Assembly (NCBI RefSeq): GCF_009914755.1
Contig: NC_060931.1
Reading direction: 5' to 3' (one strand)
DNA length: 64,000 bases
From: the human T2T-CHM13v2.0 reference genome, Homo sapiens
Shown here: one piece after another, positions 26,690 to 39,680 of the stretch
Numbering within the stretch: the first letter of the stretch is position 1
Layout of the letters: every line of letters starts with the position of its first letter
Translations under genes and position numbers: made by a program
Notes under the pieces: generated by a model
What the model saw: the letters and a program-made list of their open reading frames with translations, nothing else
What the model was told of the DNA's origin: nothing
The model's database searches: none

Positions 26690-29077
26690 GGGCGGGGTGA
26701 AGGGGCCTGGGGACCAGGCTGAGAGCAGGCATGTTGCTCTCCTTCCTGCCTCCCTTCTGCCACCCTCTGGGAGTCTGGATTCAGGATGTGTTCCTTAGTG
26801 TCCAAGATTTCAATGCTTGCCCACAAATCTTAATAGAACAATAAAAGCTTTTTAATGACACACTCCAAACTGCAAAGATGATGAACAGAACAAGAAAATT
26901 GAAAATCTCAAATGCTCATCGTGTTGCTGCAGATTGCTAAGGTGCTTTTAACCCAGCAGATGTAATAGATGAACTCAGTACCCAGGAGCTGGGGTCAGCA
27001 CAATGCCTTCCCAGCCTGCTTACCTCCAGAACCTGCTCAGTTGTATAAGCCAGAGCAGTGGCCATTTTCCTGCTGGTTGGACCTATATTAGCCAGTATAG
27101 GACATCATCAGACTCCACCCCCAAATAGTATCAGCAATGGGCACTCACTGCCGAGGAGAAGTCTGACTTCACCAAGCCAAGCCAGTTTGTCTCCAAATAC
27201 GGCACCAGTGTCTCTTATTTGAGCAGTGAAGATGAACGCTCTGATATGGATAAATTCCATCAAAGTGGCTCAACCCCAAAACCCAATAGACTCCTCTGGA
27301 TCTGCTTGACACACAGAAGCCCAGTAAATAGTCTGAAGCACTTGGATAGCATAGAAGCACTTAATTCTTCCACATCCAATGGAGTAAGTGATGATGCTGG
27401 CATTTTCACTTCAAAACGATTGATGAAGGGGAGGTGGGGTTGTGGATGAACATGAAAGTGTTATCATATACCTCTTGTCACAGGTTAGACTGGGAATGGA
27501 TCTCACCAAGGTAGTTCTTTCAGTATTTATTCTTGAAATATCTTTTAAAAATGTATGCAGATATTTTTGCACATCCAGATCTGTTTCTAAGCATTTATGA
27601 CCAGAAGGATCCCAGGAACCAAATGGTTCAGGTGATAAAAGGGTACCTCTCAGCCTTTCATGCAGGCAGAAAAGGATTGATTGCCAAAAGGCCATACAAC
27701 CTGATTTTGGGTGAGATCTTTCAGCATCACTGAACATCACCAAATGACACGGAGGAGGACGCAGAGAAAGTTTTGGACACAGTTGCCCCAAACAGTGTAA
27801 CATTCCTGGCTGAGCGTGTTTTCCAGCATCCACCTGTTTCAACCTTTTATGCCGAGTGTTTTAACAAGAAGGTACAATTCAGCGTTCCTATTTGGACAAA
27901 TCAAAATTTCTTGGGTTGTTGACTAGGGAGCACAACGTAGGGCAGGACTGCGTCTTGTGTCTAGACTAGGATGAACGTGACATCCTTACATTCCCCGATG
28001 GTATGCACGATCTATCCTCACAGTGCCCTGGGCAGAGCTAGGAGGAGAATGCAATATTAATTGTTCCCAAATGGGCTGCATGCAAATAACTTCCACACCA
28101 AACCTTTCTATAGGAGCAAGAAGCACAAAATTGCCATTAAGATTTTTTTCTCCAAATGACAAGAAATCTTTCTGCTCATTCAAAGGGAAATGGAATGGTG
28201 TAAAGTATTCAAAATATGCAAGGGGAAAATTTAGTCTTTACAGATACCAAGAGGGAAGTGAGTTGGAAGAACGGAGTGAATATGAACCTTGCTGCCTTTG
28301 GAAGGGACACTTTCAACCTAAAAATTAGAGACTTTGATGCAGCAATTGAAGGAAAGCACTGACTTGAAGAAAGACAAAGAGCCGAAGCCTAGGAAAGAAA
28401 GAAAGAGATTCAGTGGAAGTTTAGGCTATGTCATAAACATGGGGAACAGTGGGTTGAGGATGAACCATTGACTGAAACCTCTTGGTGGTTCCAAGCCTTC
28501 TGTTGGAAAATGCAACTGTGTTACTTTGGGAGAACCTGTTCCCACCCTTCTCATCGCAGTTCCAATGTCAGGAATCCTCGACTTTCTGGATGTAGATGTA
28601 CAATTCAGTTGAAGTGAGAAAAGCTTCCCCTTTTTCTTCCTCCATGGCAGTTAGATTTTCTTCAGAATTGAAGAAAATCTTCAGGTTTTGAAAACAAGAT
28701 GTCTGTTCCCTGCCCAAACCTCATACTTTGAAAAGCATTTATGAATTCCAGCCTCAAACTCTGCACTGTAGAACTGCTGTGAGATATTCAACATCTGTTT
28801 CCTAGTTCATATATAGTCTTAGGATATCTGTATATGTATAATATACCTAGTGCCAGATTTTACGTAAACACTCCATCTGCTATAAATTTGATTCTTCTGA
28901 GTGTTTTTAGAAAATTAGCACCATGTGTTAAAATCAAGTGCTAGGAAATGTCATGGTCTCACCTACAGTAACTTTTCGTTTTGCAACTGAACTGTTATTC
29001 AGTTGTCTCTAACCCTGGACCACAATTTAGTTATACTCCGTGCTTCTTCAGGTTAAAAAACAAAACAAAACAAAAAA
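26690..29077 (+). pseudogene. Processed pseudogene of OSBPL9 (ORP9), lacking the PH domain, with 3' UTR and decayed A-tail
   Basis: Intronless, colinear matches to ORP9 as recalled: LDSG..SVQDF (~26772), [24 protein letters not shown] (decayed FFAT), [60 protein letters not shown] (EQVSHHPP fingerprint), PWAELGGECNINCS, FSPNDKKSFCS, DEPL (~28460). Many stops and frameshifts (TAA 26842, TGA 27731). A-rich tail at 29055-29077. The 5' boundary is approximate. Confidence 0.92.
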
Positions 29078-29604
29078 CTGTCGTGTTACTGCAGTGCTCA
29101 CAGCCATTCACTACCTTTCTGTGGCTCTCAGTAAAGCCCAGAACCCTTACAAGTTCCTGCCAGCTTCCCGGCCCCTCCCCACCCTCTGTCCCCATTGTTT
29201 CGCACTCAGCCATATCTAGGACTGCACAGGTGCCTCTAAAGTGCCAACCATTGGGTCCTAGTGGAGAGCGGCTGGTCCAGATGTGTGTGGATCATTCATG
29301 TCAGTGGAGGGCCTCAGTGGAGGGCCCAGCAGTGCCAGGTGCAAAGTAGGTTGTGGCACAAAAGAATGCATCACCTGCCGCCTGGCCTCTCCATTGCTCT
29401 CTGGGGTCCTAGGTGTATTTGTGTTTCGTAAGAGACTGGTGTGTGGGTTTGTGTGAATTTGGAGGGGTGAGATGAGCAGGATGGAAACCGAACTATTCAA
29501 AGCCTCCAAGACAAAACCTTCAGGAAGTGGAGGCAAGAGATGGGCTCTCATCTGGGACCCTGAAGCTTGATCTCTCTTTGTCTCTCTCCTCACTCTACGC
29601 TTAG

Positions 29605-29653
29605 GTGGAAGGGGGCATCAGTGAACTGGAACGGCTCAGACCCCATCCTGTGA
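29605..29653 (+). CDS. MINDY4: MINDY4 terminal coding exon, (K)WKGASVNWNGSDPIL-stop
   Basis: Long CT tract plus ttAG at 29603-04. The first G completes AAG (Lys), and TGA lies at 29651-53. IRTKW...W is the conserved MINDY3/4 C-terminus. Confidence 0.93.
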
Positions 29654-30035
29654 CCGTTGGATGTGGGTAAACCCTGTGGTCCACCACTCATCACCTCATC
29701 ACCGAGGATGACAGCTGAACCCCAAGCCTCTGGGGCAGGTCTCATGTACCCCAACCTGGGTCAGCATGACTGCAGAAGCATCCAGAGCCTCCCTGCCCCT
29801 TCCATGAAGGGCCCACCCAAGACTGTGCTGGGGACCCAGTGTGTTGCTGGGTCCCCTCCCAGCTGAGCTGTGACTGCTGAGTACTGGAAGGAGGTTGCCA
29901 GGGTCTCTGCTACCTTTGTCTGCATCCCTCCCTTGCTCCCTGCTGGGTGGTCCCTCACCCAGGCCTCCAATGTGGTTGGCCCTGGGGACTCATTACTTCT
30001 GGTAGCTGGCTTTCTATAAAAATGGGTCAAACCCA
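29654..30035 (+). terminator. MINDY4: MINDY4 3' UTR with probable non-canonical poly(A) signal TATAAA (30015-30020)
   Basis: I saw no AATAAA or ATTAAA near the stop. A TATAAA variant is followed about 15 nt later by CA and then a GT/T-rich stretch. The exact end is inferred. Confidence 0.6.
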
Positions 30036-33000
30036 TGTCAAGGGCCCAGGCTCATTTGTTCTACAGCTGCAAAGAGCGTGATGTGCACTGTCTGTGCTGA
30101 TCATGGCTGGTATGGAGAATGTGGTAGGGTGATTCGCCCCAGAGCCCTTGTGAGGCCCCAGGAGAATGGAGGTGGACCTGGAGGGTAAGCTGGACCTGGC
30201 CAAGTAGATGTGGGAAAAGAGCCTTCCAAGGAGGAGGGACCTCTTGGCCATGGGGGGACAATAGGACAGGGATAAACAGAGGGACTGGGGACTAGGTGAG
30301 GTCCTTGGTACCTGTAGGGGAGCATGTGGGGAGAGGGCTGTCTGAAAATCTGGATGGGCAGAGCCTGTGGAGCCCTCACATTCCAGAACAAAGATGGCAA
30401 AGTTGAAATAGGAAAAGTGCAATAATCACTCATGAAGGGGATATAGTAGTCTGAGCCTTGTTTGTTCCATTCATTGATATCCCACCAGTTTCAAAAAGAA
30501 GATGAGAACATGCAGAAGTGCGGTGGCCTGCTGATGAAGAAGGGGGTGAGGAGAGAGGTTGTGTGAAAAGCACAGTGAAGGACTCCTCTGCAGTGGTTTA
30601 CAAGAACAGGATGGATACAGGAGCCCAGGGGCAGAGCACTAGCCTCTCAGGGTTTCTGTCACATGGCTGCCCATATGAAGGCTGCCGGCCCTGTACCCCA
30701 CCCTGTCTGTGCCCAGTGAGTGCTGCAGTTGGGACTGTGAGGGGGCTGTGTAGAGGTGGGTGTGTACGCACAGGAACCAGGGGATGCACCCCTGCTGTGT
30801 CTGCTCTGGCCCAGGGAGAAGCCTAGGAGAGCCACCAGCACCGGACAGTAGCTTGTCCCCAGCTTCCATGTGCGCCTGGGGCTCAGGACACAAGCAGCTC
30901 AGGAGCTGTGTCTCTCTGCAGTACTGGCTACAGGAGACCCCTTTTATTTTAGACGCCAGGCATGTCAGGGGTAAAACTGGCATTTGGTGGTGACAGCAAA
31001 AGCACTTGTCTTGTGTTCTTGTGGATGGGGCATGTGTAGAGGCCTGACTGTTGGTCTTTGGGGAGAGGCAGGCGGAGAGCCAATCAGGCTGGGAGGGAAG
31101 TGGGAGGGTAGGGACTGCTCTGTCCAGGCTGTGCCGAGGCCCCGGTGGGGTTTGCTATGTAAACTCCAGCAGCCATTCACAGCAGGCTTCCAGCAGAAAT
31201 GCTTCCTATATATCCCTGAAATGTTTATGCATTTGTTTTCCTTGGCCAGGGATAGGGCGCTCCAGCTGAGCACCCGGGCAGAGGAAATCGGTTTCCCAGC
31301 AGCAGCCTTGTTTATCAGCCTGGGAAGGAAAAGTGTGTCTTTTCAATGAAACTCACTTAACCTCCTGACCAAGGTCCCTTTGGCAGCACTGGAGAAAACA
31401 AACTATTCCCAGTGTTGCTTGAGAAGACCATTTCCAACAAATTACAAACCTGCTTCTCTAGAAGCCAGGTACATTGTGCAGTTTCTTATTCCTTGCCTAG
31501 GTTTTCCTGGAATGGAAGATGAGCACAGCCCAGCACCACCCTCCCCCAGACCCAGACACTGGGACAAGTCCATGGTGCTGCCACCAAGCCTGCAGGAATG
31601 AAATACAGGCTCCTGACTCCTCACCCATGGGCGATCTCCATCCAAGGGGCAGAGTTTTCTAGGGAGACTGTGGGTGGGCTTCAGAGAGTCCAGAGCTGCC
31701 CAGATTATGTGAAAGTTTCCCCTCCCCTTGCAGTGGTCATTTTGGGAGAGGGAGTTGTGGTTAGCTTTTGTCACCTTTCCACCTTGCCCTTGGAGTCCTC
31801 CCCAGATGCCCAAGCTGGCTGTGGCTCCTTCAGGGAGGAGGGGCAGGGCAGCAAGGTCTTACTTAACCTGTCCTGCAGCAGTGCTGGGTGTTGCTGTGGG
31901 CCCTCTGATGAGCACATAGGAAGTGCTGGCCTCCTCTTTTGTGAGGGGGCTTCCCACTGCTAAGGACTGCCCCACGTCAGCTGATCCCCCCTCCAACTGC
32001 TGCTATGGCAGCTCTCCAGCCCCTCTGCCAGAGCCAACCTCTCCTCCACCACCTTTATGGAAGACCCGAGTCTTCCTTCTGCAGGATCCACACTTGAACT
32101 GTGCAAAGCACCAACATATCATTGCCTCCCAAATCCTGGAGATCAGACCTTCCCCACTCACCCCATCTCCTGCCCCACCATCTGTCGGGAGCTCCTCACC
32201 TTTAACCTTCCCCACTCCATGCGAGTGTCCCACATCCTGGGGACACAAATCAAGCTTTCAGGCAGTCTCCTTGAAGCCTCCCTCACTTGACTTTAGGAGT
32301 GGAGATTCACCCTCTCTGCTCCCCATGGCTAGGGGAAGGGGACCCAGGGACCCGAGCACACTGATGCTTCTCTCCAGGGACATCCTCACTAGCCCCGACC
32401 TCTTCGACTGCCAGCCCAATACTTTCTTCATCCTCTCTCGTGGTGGGAGGATCATTCACAGCACTCTCCCTGTTAGTTCTACATAGAGGGAGCACCTGTC
32501 AGAAGAGCGGTTTCCAGAGCTGCAAGAATTCCCTGGGGGTCAGAGCTGGGCCAGGGCTTGGAGGGGTGTTGGAGGCTGTACTAAGGCAAGCTTTGTCCAG
32601 ACTCCACCTGACTGCTCCCCAGGGTCTCCATGTCTGAGCCCAAAGGGAACACAGCGTTGGGGGCAGGACCCAGCCCATCCAGAACACCAGCCGTGGAAGA
32701 GGAGCAGCAGCGCTCCCGCCCGCCGTGAGGGCCGGGGCTGGTGAAGTCTCAGAGAGGCTTCCACAGACCCTAGGCTCTGCTAAGCAAGGGTGGCACAGCA
32801 GGGCGTCTCTGCCCTAGTCCGGATTCACCACTCAAAGTGCTGTCTTCAAACCAGCAGCAGCAGCACCGCCTGATGTCCAGGCTTAGAAATGCGGACTCAG
32901 GCTGTGCCCAGAACTAGGGGATCCGAGTCTGTGCTTTCACTTAAAGCCTGCTCTGGAGGTTGTGATTTTGTGGGGAGACAGTGTGAAATGCACAAATAGC

Positions 33001-35700
33001 CACCAAAATGAAGTACTGAAGGCATGTGTGGGAGGCGGTCATGGGCACATGAGGAAGAAGCTGCATCAGATCCCAGGCCTGAGTGCAGCCCTGACTCCCC
33101 TGCTTCCTGCCTCTGGGGCCTTGAGCACTTGACTCGAGCTCACTGGGCCTCAGTTTCCTCATCTGTAGAATTACAACCTCCTAGGGCTGGGATGAGGATT
33201 AAGTGAGTTACTACATGGTGCAGTGCTTAGAACAGGGCCTGGCACAGCATCAGGACTCGGTAAATGTTGGCTCCTAATACTTCCAGTGAGATAGGAGGTG
33301 GTATCTCATCCGGGTGTTGGAGGATGAGCAGGGTTTTAACAAGTGGCGAAGTAGATGGAAGATCATTCCAGCTGAGAGGAACAGTGAAAGCAGAGACCAG
33401 GGAAGTCCTTGATGTCTGCGGGTCTCCTCTGGGGTGACCACAGTGTGGGAGGCCCAGAGCAGTAGGAGTGGAGGCAAAGAGCAGGAGAGGGCCTCAGACA
33501 ATGGTCTGGGGCTGGGACGTTTCCCTGGGAGAGGAGAACTTCTCAGCGTGCTGCTTCAGACCTCTCTCTCCCTGGCAGGAGAGTGGGGTGTGGGGCAGAG
33601 GCTGGGAGCACATTGAGGGGATGGAAGTGAAAGATGGCTAGTGGCCTTTGCTACTGGAGGCCCAGTGGACCATCCTTACGTGGCCACTGAGCTCTTAGGG
33701 GATCCTAAAATTTGCAGGAGGCAGTCAGGTTGCCAAGTCTATTTGCAGGTATTTCTCCACCCACCACAGTCCGCCCTACTTCCTAATCATGCACTAATCC
33801 TCATGGGGGCTGTGGGAGCTTTAATTACCAGGCAAAAATGCCAGGCATTTGCGATAATAGAGATTGCTTAATGCAAACTCCAGCATGAGGGGGTGGACTG
33901 ATAGGTGCGTGGGGGAGGGGCCAGGAAGAACATGGCTATAGTGTCTGCGTGTGTGTTCCCGGCAGACCTGTTATGCACAGAAAGGGATCAGGACCCTGCT
34001 GGTCAAGGGCCAGTGGCTACCAACGCCTGTGGGTGGCCTTTCCTGCCCTTCCTTTTTACGCCATCTCCCAGACTGCGGCGCTTCCTTCCATTCTCCTGCT
34101 CACCTTCCCACAAAATACCTATCTTGTGTCCTGTTCCTCCAAGAAGTCACTGAAGGCCTTCTCCATACAGATGGGGAAACCGAGGCCCAGACAGGAATCA
34201 TTAGTTAAGAGTCCTCCTGGGCATTTCTTTTCCACAGGGGTCTCTTGGAGACCAGACCACCAGATGGTCTTGGGGCTGGATGGAATAAATCTGATGGGGG
34301 GTGGGGGTGATTCCAACCTGCCTCCTTTTGCCTCCCCTCTTGCTTCCCCCTCCAGCCCCACACCTCACCCACCACAGACCCCAGCAGCCTCTTCCCAAAC
34401 TGCCCCTGGCTGCCTGCAGCCTTCCCTGGTGTTCTTTGATTCACCTGGGTCCTTGCCCTCTGGCTCCCCATGTCCATCTGTCAAATCCTACCCATCCCAC
34501 AAGGCCAGCTCCAAGGCCCCTCCTCTAAGAAGCCCTCCTGGATTACCCAGCCGACAGTTCAAGTCCTCCCCTCTGAGTGCTCACAGGACTCAATCACCTC
34601 CTCTTTCACAAGCCTAGGTCTTAATAGTTAGAGGGTGTCGGTCACCTGGCCACAGGTGTATGCACAAGCAAACACATAAGCACATGCACACACACCCCTG
34701 TACACCTCTAGTGCTGTTTCCTTACCCCTGGGCCCGGGGCTCCTTCCTCCCTGCCTCTTTCCCTCCCCCAGGTACCTGTCCCACCCTGGGGGACAAGCCC
34801 AAAGCTCCTTCTGCCCACTTTGAGGCCCCTCCCCTGCTCACACCCACTCCAGGCAGAAAGCCTCGGCAGCTGGGTGTCAGGGCGGGAAGGTGCTGCCTGA
34901 GGCTCCAAACCGTTGGTTCCAGGTGTGGCTTTGAGATTAAACCTGGCGCCTTTCCTGTGGCCCTTGATAAGGGTGATCCTGAGTGTTTCTCTGGCATTTT
35001 CTGTTTAAGGCCTGTCTGAGGTTCAGCAAAGTCCCACCTCCCCACGGAGCCCTCCATGATAAGCACAGCACTCGCGGGTCCACCTCCCTGTGGCCTGCTC
35101 TGTGGGGAGCCCAGGGTTGGCACCATTCCTGGGCCCTGCCCCTCCCCTCCCCTCCCCAGCACAAGGACTGACCCTGAGGAGTGCTATTAATAATTATATC
35201 AGGACAGTTTTGTAATCAGGAACTGCCGTGCACGGGAACTGTAGTCTGCGGGAGGATTGTTCTGTTACTGATTGATCTCCCACCACCGTGCCCTTCAAAC
35301 TCCGGGTTCAGATCCTTGGATTGTATTTGGGGGTTGGAGCTCAGATGAGGGGAATCCTCTTGGTGGGCTGGAGCAGTCGAAAGCTTCTTGAAGGGGGAGG
35401 ATTGAAACTGGACCCTGAAGGAAAGTGGGTGGGAGGAGGGGCAGAGAGCATTCCAGATAAGCAGAGGGTCTGGGTTGTCAGGGGCAAGGGGCCTGGGGAG
35501 TCTGGGGGTGGTGGGAAGGTTAAGGATGTCAGGGCTGGATCCTGAAGGGCTTTGAATGTCAGGTTAAGGAGCTTGAGCTGTGAGCACTAGGGAGCCATGG
35601 AGGGTTTCAGAGCAGGACAGTGATGGGTCCAAGCTGTTTGGGAAGACTGATGTGGCAACAATGTGGAGGACAGATCAGAAGGAAGACGCTAACTTCTTAG

Positions 35701-36004
<304 letters not shown>

Positions 36005-36779
36005 GACATCCTGCCTTTTAGTGCTTCAGCCAAAGGAGCAAGGTGGTGGGCCCATGGACCCGCACCCAAGTCCCCGCTCTCTTCCCTGCTTCCTGGCAGG
36101 CAGATCTTGCCTCCAGCAGCGGTTCCGTCTGCCTGCTTCTCCGTCAGCACTGGTGGCTGCAGCTGTCCCTAGAGCATCTTTGCAAAACATCCCCGCCACG
36201 TGATGAAGGAAGGCTTCCTCTGCCCCCGTGCCTTGGCAAACCATGAAGGAGGGGGCCTCAATTCGAGGAAGTGCCCAGGGCTTTGTTCTGGCTCCCGCCA
36301 TGGCTGGACCCACTGTCTATTGTTTTCCATGCCGTTGGTGACCTTGGGCCAGCTGGACTGGCTGGCTCCCACCTCCAAGTCCATTGCGGAAGACAGCCAG
36401 GCTGGCAGGATGATTTTCAGTCCCTAGGTGGTCTTGAGTAGGCCCCCTACCCATGGAGAGACTTAGTTTCCCCAGCTCTTGGGGGTCCCAGTTGGCATTA
36501 TGGAGACTGTTTATCTCCTGAGGACCAGGAATCTCTTATTAGGCAGGAAAGTGAGTTCCCAGCCCCAGAACAGAGACCCATACCTCCTCCTGTGTCTGCT
36601 GTTGTTGGGGGCCCTTGTCCTGGACCTGTGGATCAGAGGCGCAAGTCTGTCTGCCATTCCCTCTCTCTTGGTTTTGGGGATCCTTGCTGCCCCTACCGCA
36701 GGGTGTGGTCTGTGAGGAAAGGGGCTTGGGTTGGATGATGAAGTGATTACAAGCTTCTACTGGAATTTGGACCACCTGA

Positions 36780-37040
36780 GTTTAGATCTTAGCTCCAACC
36801 TCTCAGTTGTGTCACCGTAGCTAAGTTACAAAATATGCATGCACGCACACACACACGCACGCGCACACACACACATGCACACACACACACACACATAAAG
36901 TGACCTTTCTGAGCCTCAGTTTCCCTGTCTGTAAAATGGGAATAATAACAGCGTAAACTATATAAGATTGGTGTGAGGATTAAGTGTAAGGTGCCTAGAA
37001 GAGCACCTGGCGCCTAGTAGGTGCCCAGTAAATGTTGGCT
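36780..37040. mobile_element. MIR interrupted by a (CA/CG)n microsatellite (36839-36895)
   Basis: MIR core ctgagcctcagtttccctgtctgtaaaatgggaataata. Similar MIR cores occur at about 4.7, 5.1, 6.0, 9.5, 11.1, 21.6, 25.0, 33.1, 48.0 and 62.85 kb. Confidence 0.8.
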
Positions 37041-39402
37041 CTTTTGCCATGAGCTGATAGGAGGGTGTGGGGGTTGGGGCAAGTTCACCTCACTGAGATT
37101 CAGGAAGGGTGACCGTATGAGATGCTGTGATGTAGTGAGGTCTGCTGGGCATTGTCTCTGTGGACTGATCCCTGGAAATCAGTCCCTCCCTGTACCTTTC
37201 CAAACCCAGCCCTGAAAGGCAAGGCCCTCCTCTCCTTTCCCTGGCTCTCCAGGCCCCATAGCTGCTCCTGGGCCAACTGGATAAATGGCTTCTTCTCTGC
37301 TTGCCCCCTTAAGGCTGTTCCTCCCTGCTCTGGGCTTTGGTTCCCTGCTTGTGAAAGGAGGTGATTGGATGAGGAGGCCCTCCCTGCACAGCGACTGGGC
37401 CAGCATTCCCAGCAGTGACCACTCCTGAGACTGAGATCGAGGGCAACAGGGACAGACACTGTGTACAGCCCCTAACGAGCCTGGCACTCACACCTCCCTG
37501 GTGACAGATAAAGAAACTGAGGCTCAGCCAGCCAGGTGCTGGCTCGGGGCCTGAGGCTAACAGATGGCAGGTGCCCAAGCTCTCCCTGCTCATTCCTCGC
37601 CTCCCAGAGGATTTGCTGAGATTCTGGAAGGCCCCCAAGCAGGGCAGAGGAGAGGGTGGGGCTTCCCGGAGCCCCTCCTCTCCTATCTTCCTTTATTTCC
37701 TGAGACTTATTTTGGGGACTCTGGAAAAATCTGTGAGTGTCTTGGTTTCTATACCCGTGTGCTATTGTGTGAGAACCCAGCCTTTCCTTCAATTCAGACC
37801 CCTCCCCTCACCCCTCACAAGCAGTCCGGAGGGAGAGATGGGTCAGTGCCCCTGTCTGGCCCACCTAGAAGGCAGCCAGCCCGGGGACGTGACGCAGCCC
37901 CAGTGCCTCCTGCAAAACCCACTTCCTATCGCCTCTAGGCCACCACAGAAAATGCCAAGCACTTTTTCCTTCTTCCCAGCTAAGGCAGACACATCTTGGG
38001 TTTATTTATCTAAGGATTTTCCATTTCCTTTTCTGGAAAGTCGTTTGGGTCCTGCACGTTGCTGTCTCCACAAAGGAGGCTAGGAAGAGAGGCACGTGTC
38101 CCCAAGAAGTGAGAGTGGGGAAGGCTGAGAACCCAAGACCTGTGGGACTCAGCAGTGCTCACGCTGACACCTGCCTGAGGCCGTGATGATGCCCAAGGCC
38201 TCTTGGGGTGGCCTGTCATAGGGATAAACCTGTTTTAGGAGTGAACAACCCAGGCCAGAGCAGTGACTTCCCCAGGGCCTCATGGCACGAGGCTGCCAGG
38301 CCTCCCTTGCTCGTGACTGTTCTCACAGTTGTCTTCAGAGGCCCTAATTGAGCTTCTCATTCAGCCCTGGCTCCCACTTGGACGGACTTGGGTGGTGTAG
38401 GACTCCCTGAGGGCAGAGCCCCTACATCTTTACCTCTACATCCCAGCCTGGGTGCTCCCGAGGCAGAGCCTGTCCTCCTCGTCTGCACCAACCCAGCAGT
38501 GGGAAGCAGAGCATCCCCATGGCTCCAATTCAGGCTATGGAGAGAAGACAGGCTCACGTGGCCACATCCTGGCAGCAGCATGCCATCCCCGCTCCACCAG
38601 CTCCTCCCTGAGAGTCAGAGCCGACCGTGGGGAGAGGGGCAGTGAGGGAACCTCCCCTGCTCCTGCCGTGGCTAAAAGCCCACCCCTCCTGGCCCTCTTT
38701 CTGCCTGGACCTTCCTCTTCCCAAACCACCTCCCTTCCTTTATACAAACAAATCTGTCTGCCATGTTCCCTACTCCAGGAAGCCTTTCCCGATTACTGGA
38801 AAGAGGTGGGGCTCTTCCGCTGCCCAGAGATCCACCTCACCCCTTCCTGTGGCTCAGGCCTGGTCCCAGCTGCCCACCCCTACACACCAGGGCAGCATGG
38901 TAGAGCATCACAGCTCCAGGGTTCCTCCATCGGCAGGGGCGTTTGAGTCCACTAGTGCCTGAGCCAGTAAGTGATGGAAGGATGGTTTCCTGTGGGCATT
39001 GACCCTGGCACTAGCTCAGGCTGGGCACCGGGGCACTGTGTTATCAGAACCATGATGACTCCGCATCAGGGATTCACCCTACTGAGGTGCCGGTCTGAGT
39101 CCTTTCCATCAAAAGCCCTGCTACAGCCTGCTTTTCAAATCTCCTGATAGGAAGATCTGCTTGATCAATTCCCTGGACGGCCAGAATTGGGGAAAAGACT
39201 TCGTATTGGTGATAGGCAGCTGTCTCTGTTATCATAGAGTAAGAGTTGGTAAATACTTCTTTCCTTTCTTGCCATGACTTCCAGGAAGCGCAGATGGAAA
39301 GTGATGCTGAATGGCAATCTGTCTGTGATGCCACGAGCAGCTTCCTTCCTCTCTTTGGTTTTATTTTCACTAGATTGTTGTTAGGAGTTTTTCTTGTAAT
39401 TC

Positions 39403-39570
39403 AGTCCCTTAGTGTTCAAAGTGTGGTTCTGGGACCAGCAGCATTGGCATCGCCTGAGCGTTTGTTAGAAATACATAATCTCAGGCCCCATACGGCCCTA
39501 CTAAATCAGAATCTGCATTTTAACAATACCCCCAGGTGTTTACGCTCACATTATAGTTTGAGAAGCACTG
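39403..39570. mobile_element. MER5A/MER5A1 relic
   Basis: caaagtgtggttc..gaccagcagcattggcatc..ttgttagaaat..aatcagaatctgcattttaacaa..agtttgagaagcactg. Confidence 0.85.
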
Positions 39571-39680
39571 ATGGAATCCCAAAAAACTTTTTAAATCAAA
39601 GTTGCATGAACTAAGACCTGTGATGCCTCTTCCCCTTTCCTATCCCAATTTCCCTACCAGGGGCCTCCCACGAAGCCCTG

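Noticed and set aside
27219-28328. ORP9-like ORF fragments as a functional retrogene
   Set aside because: They carry multiple stops, frameshifts and deletions, and both the FFAT and EQVSHHPP motifs are degenerate.
26600-29100. Target-site duplication for the OSBPL9 retrocopy
   Set aside because: I found no convincing flanking direct repeat by eye, so the ends remain approximate.
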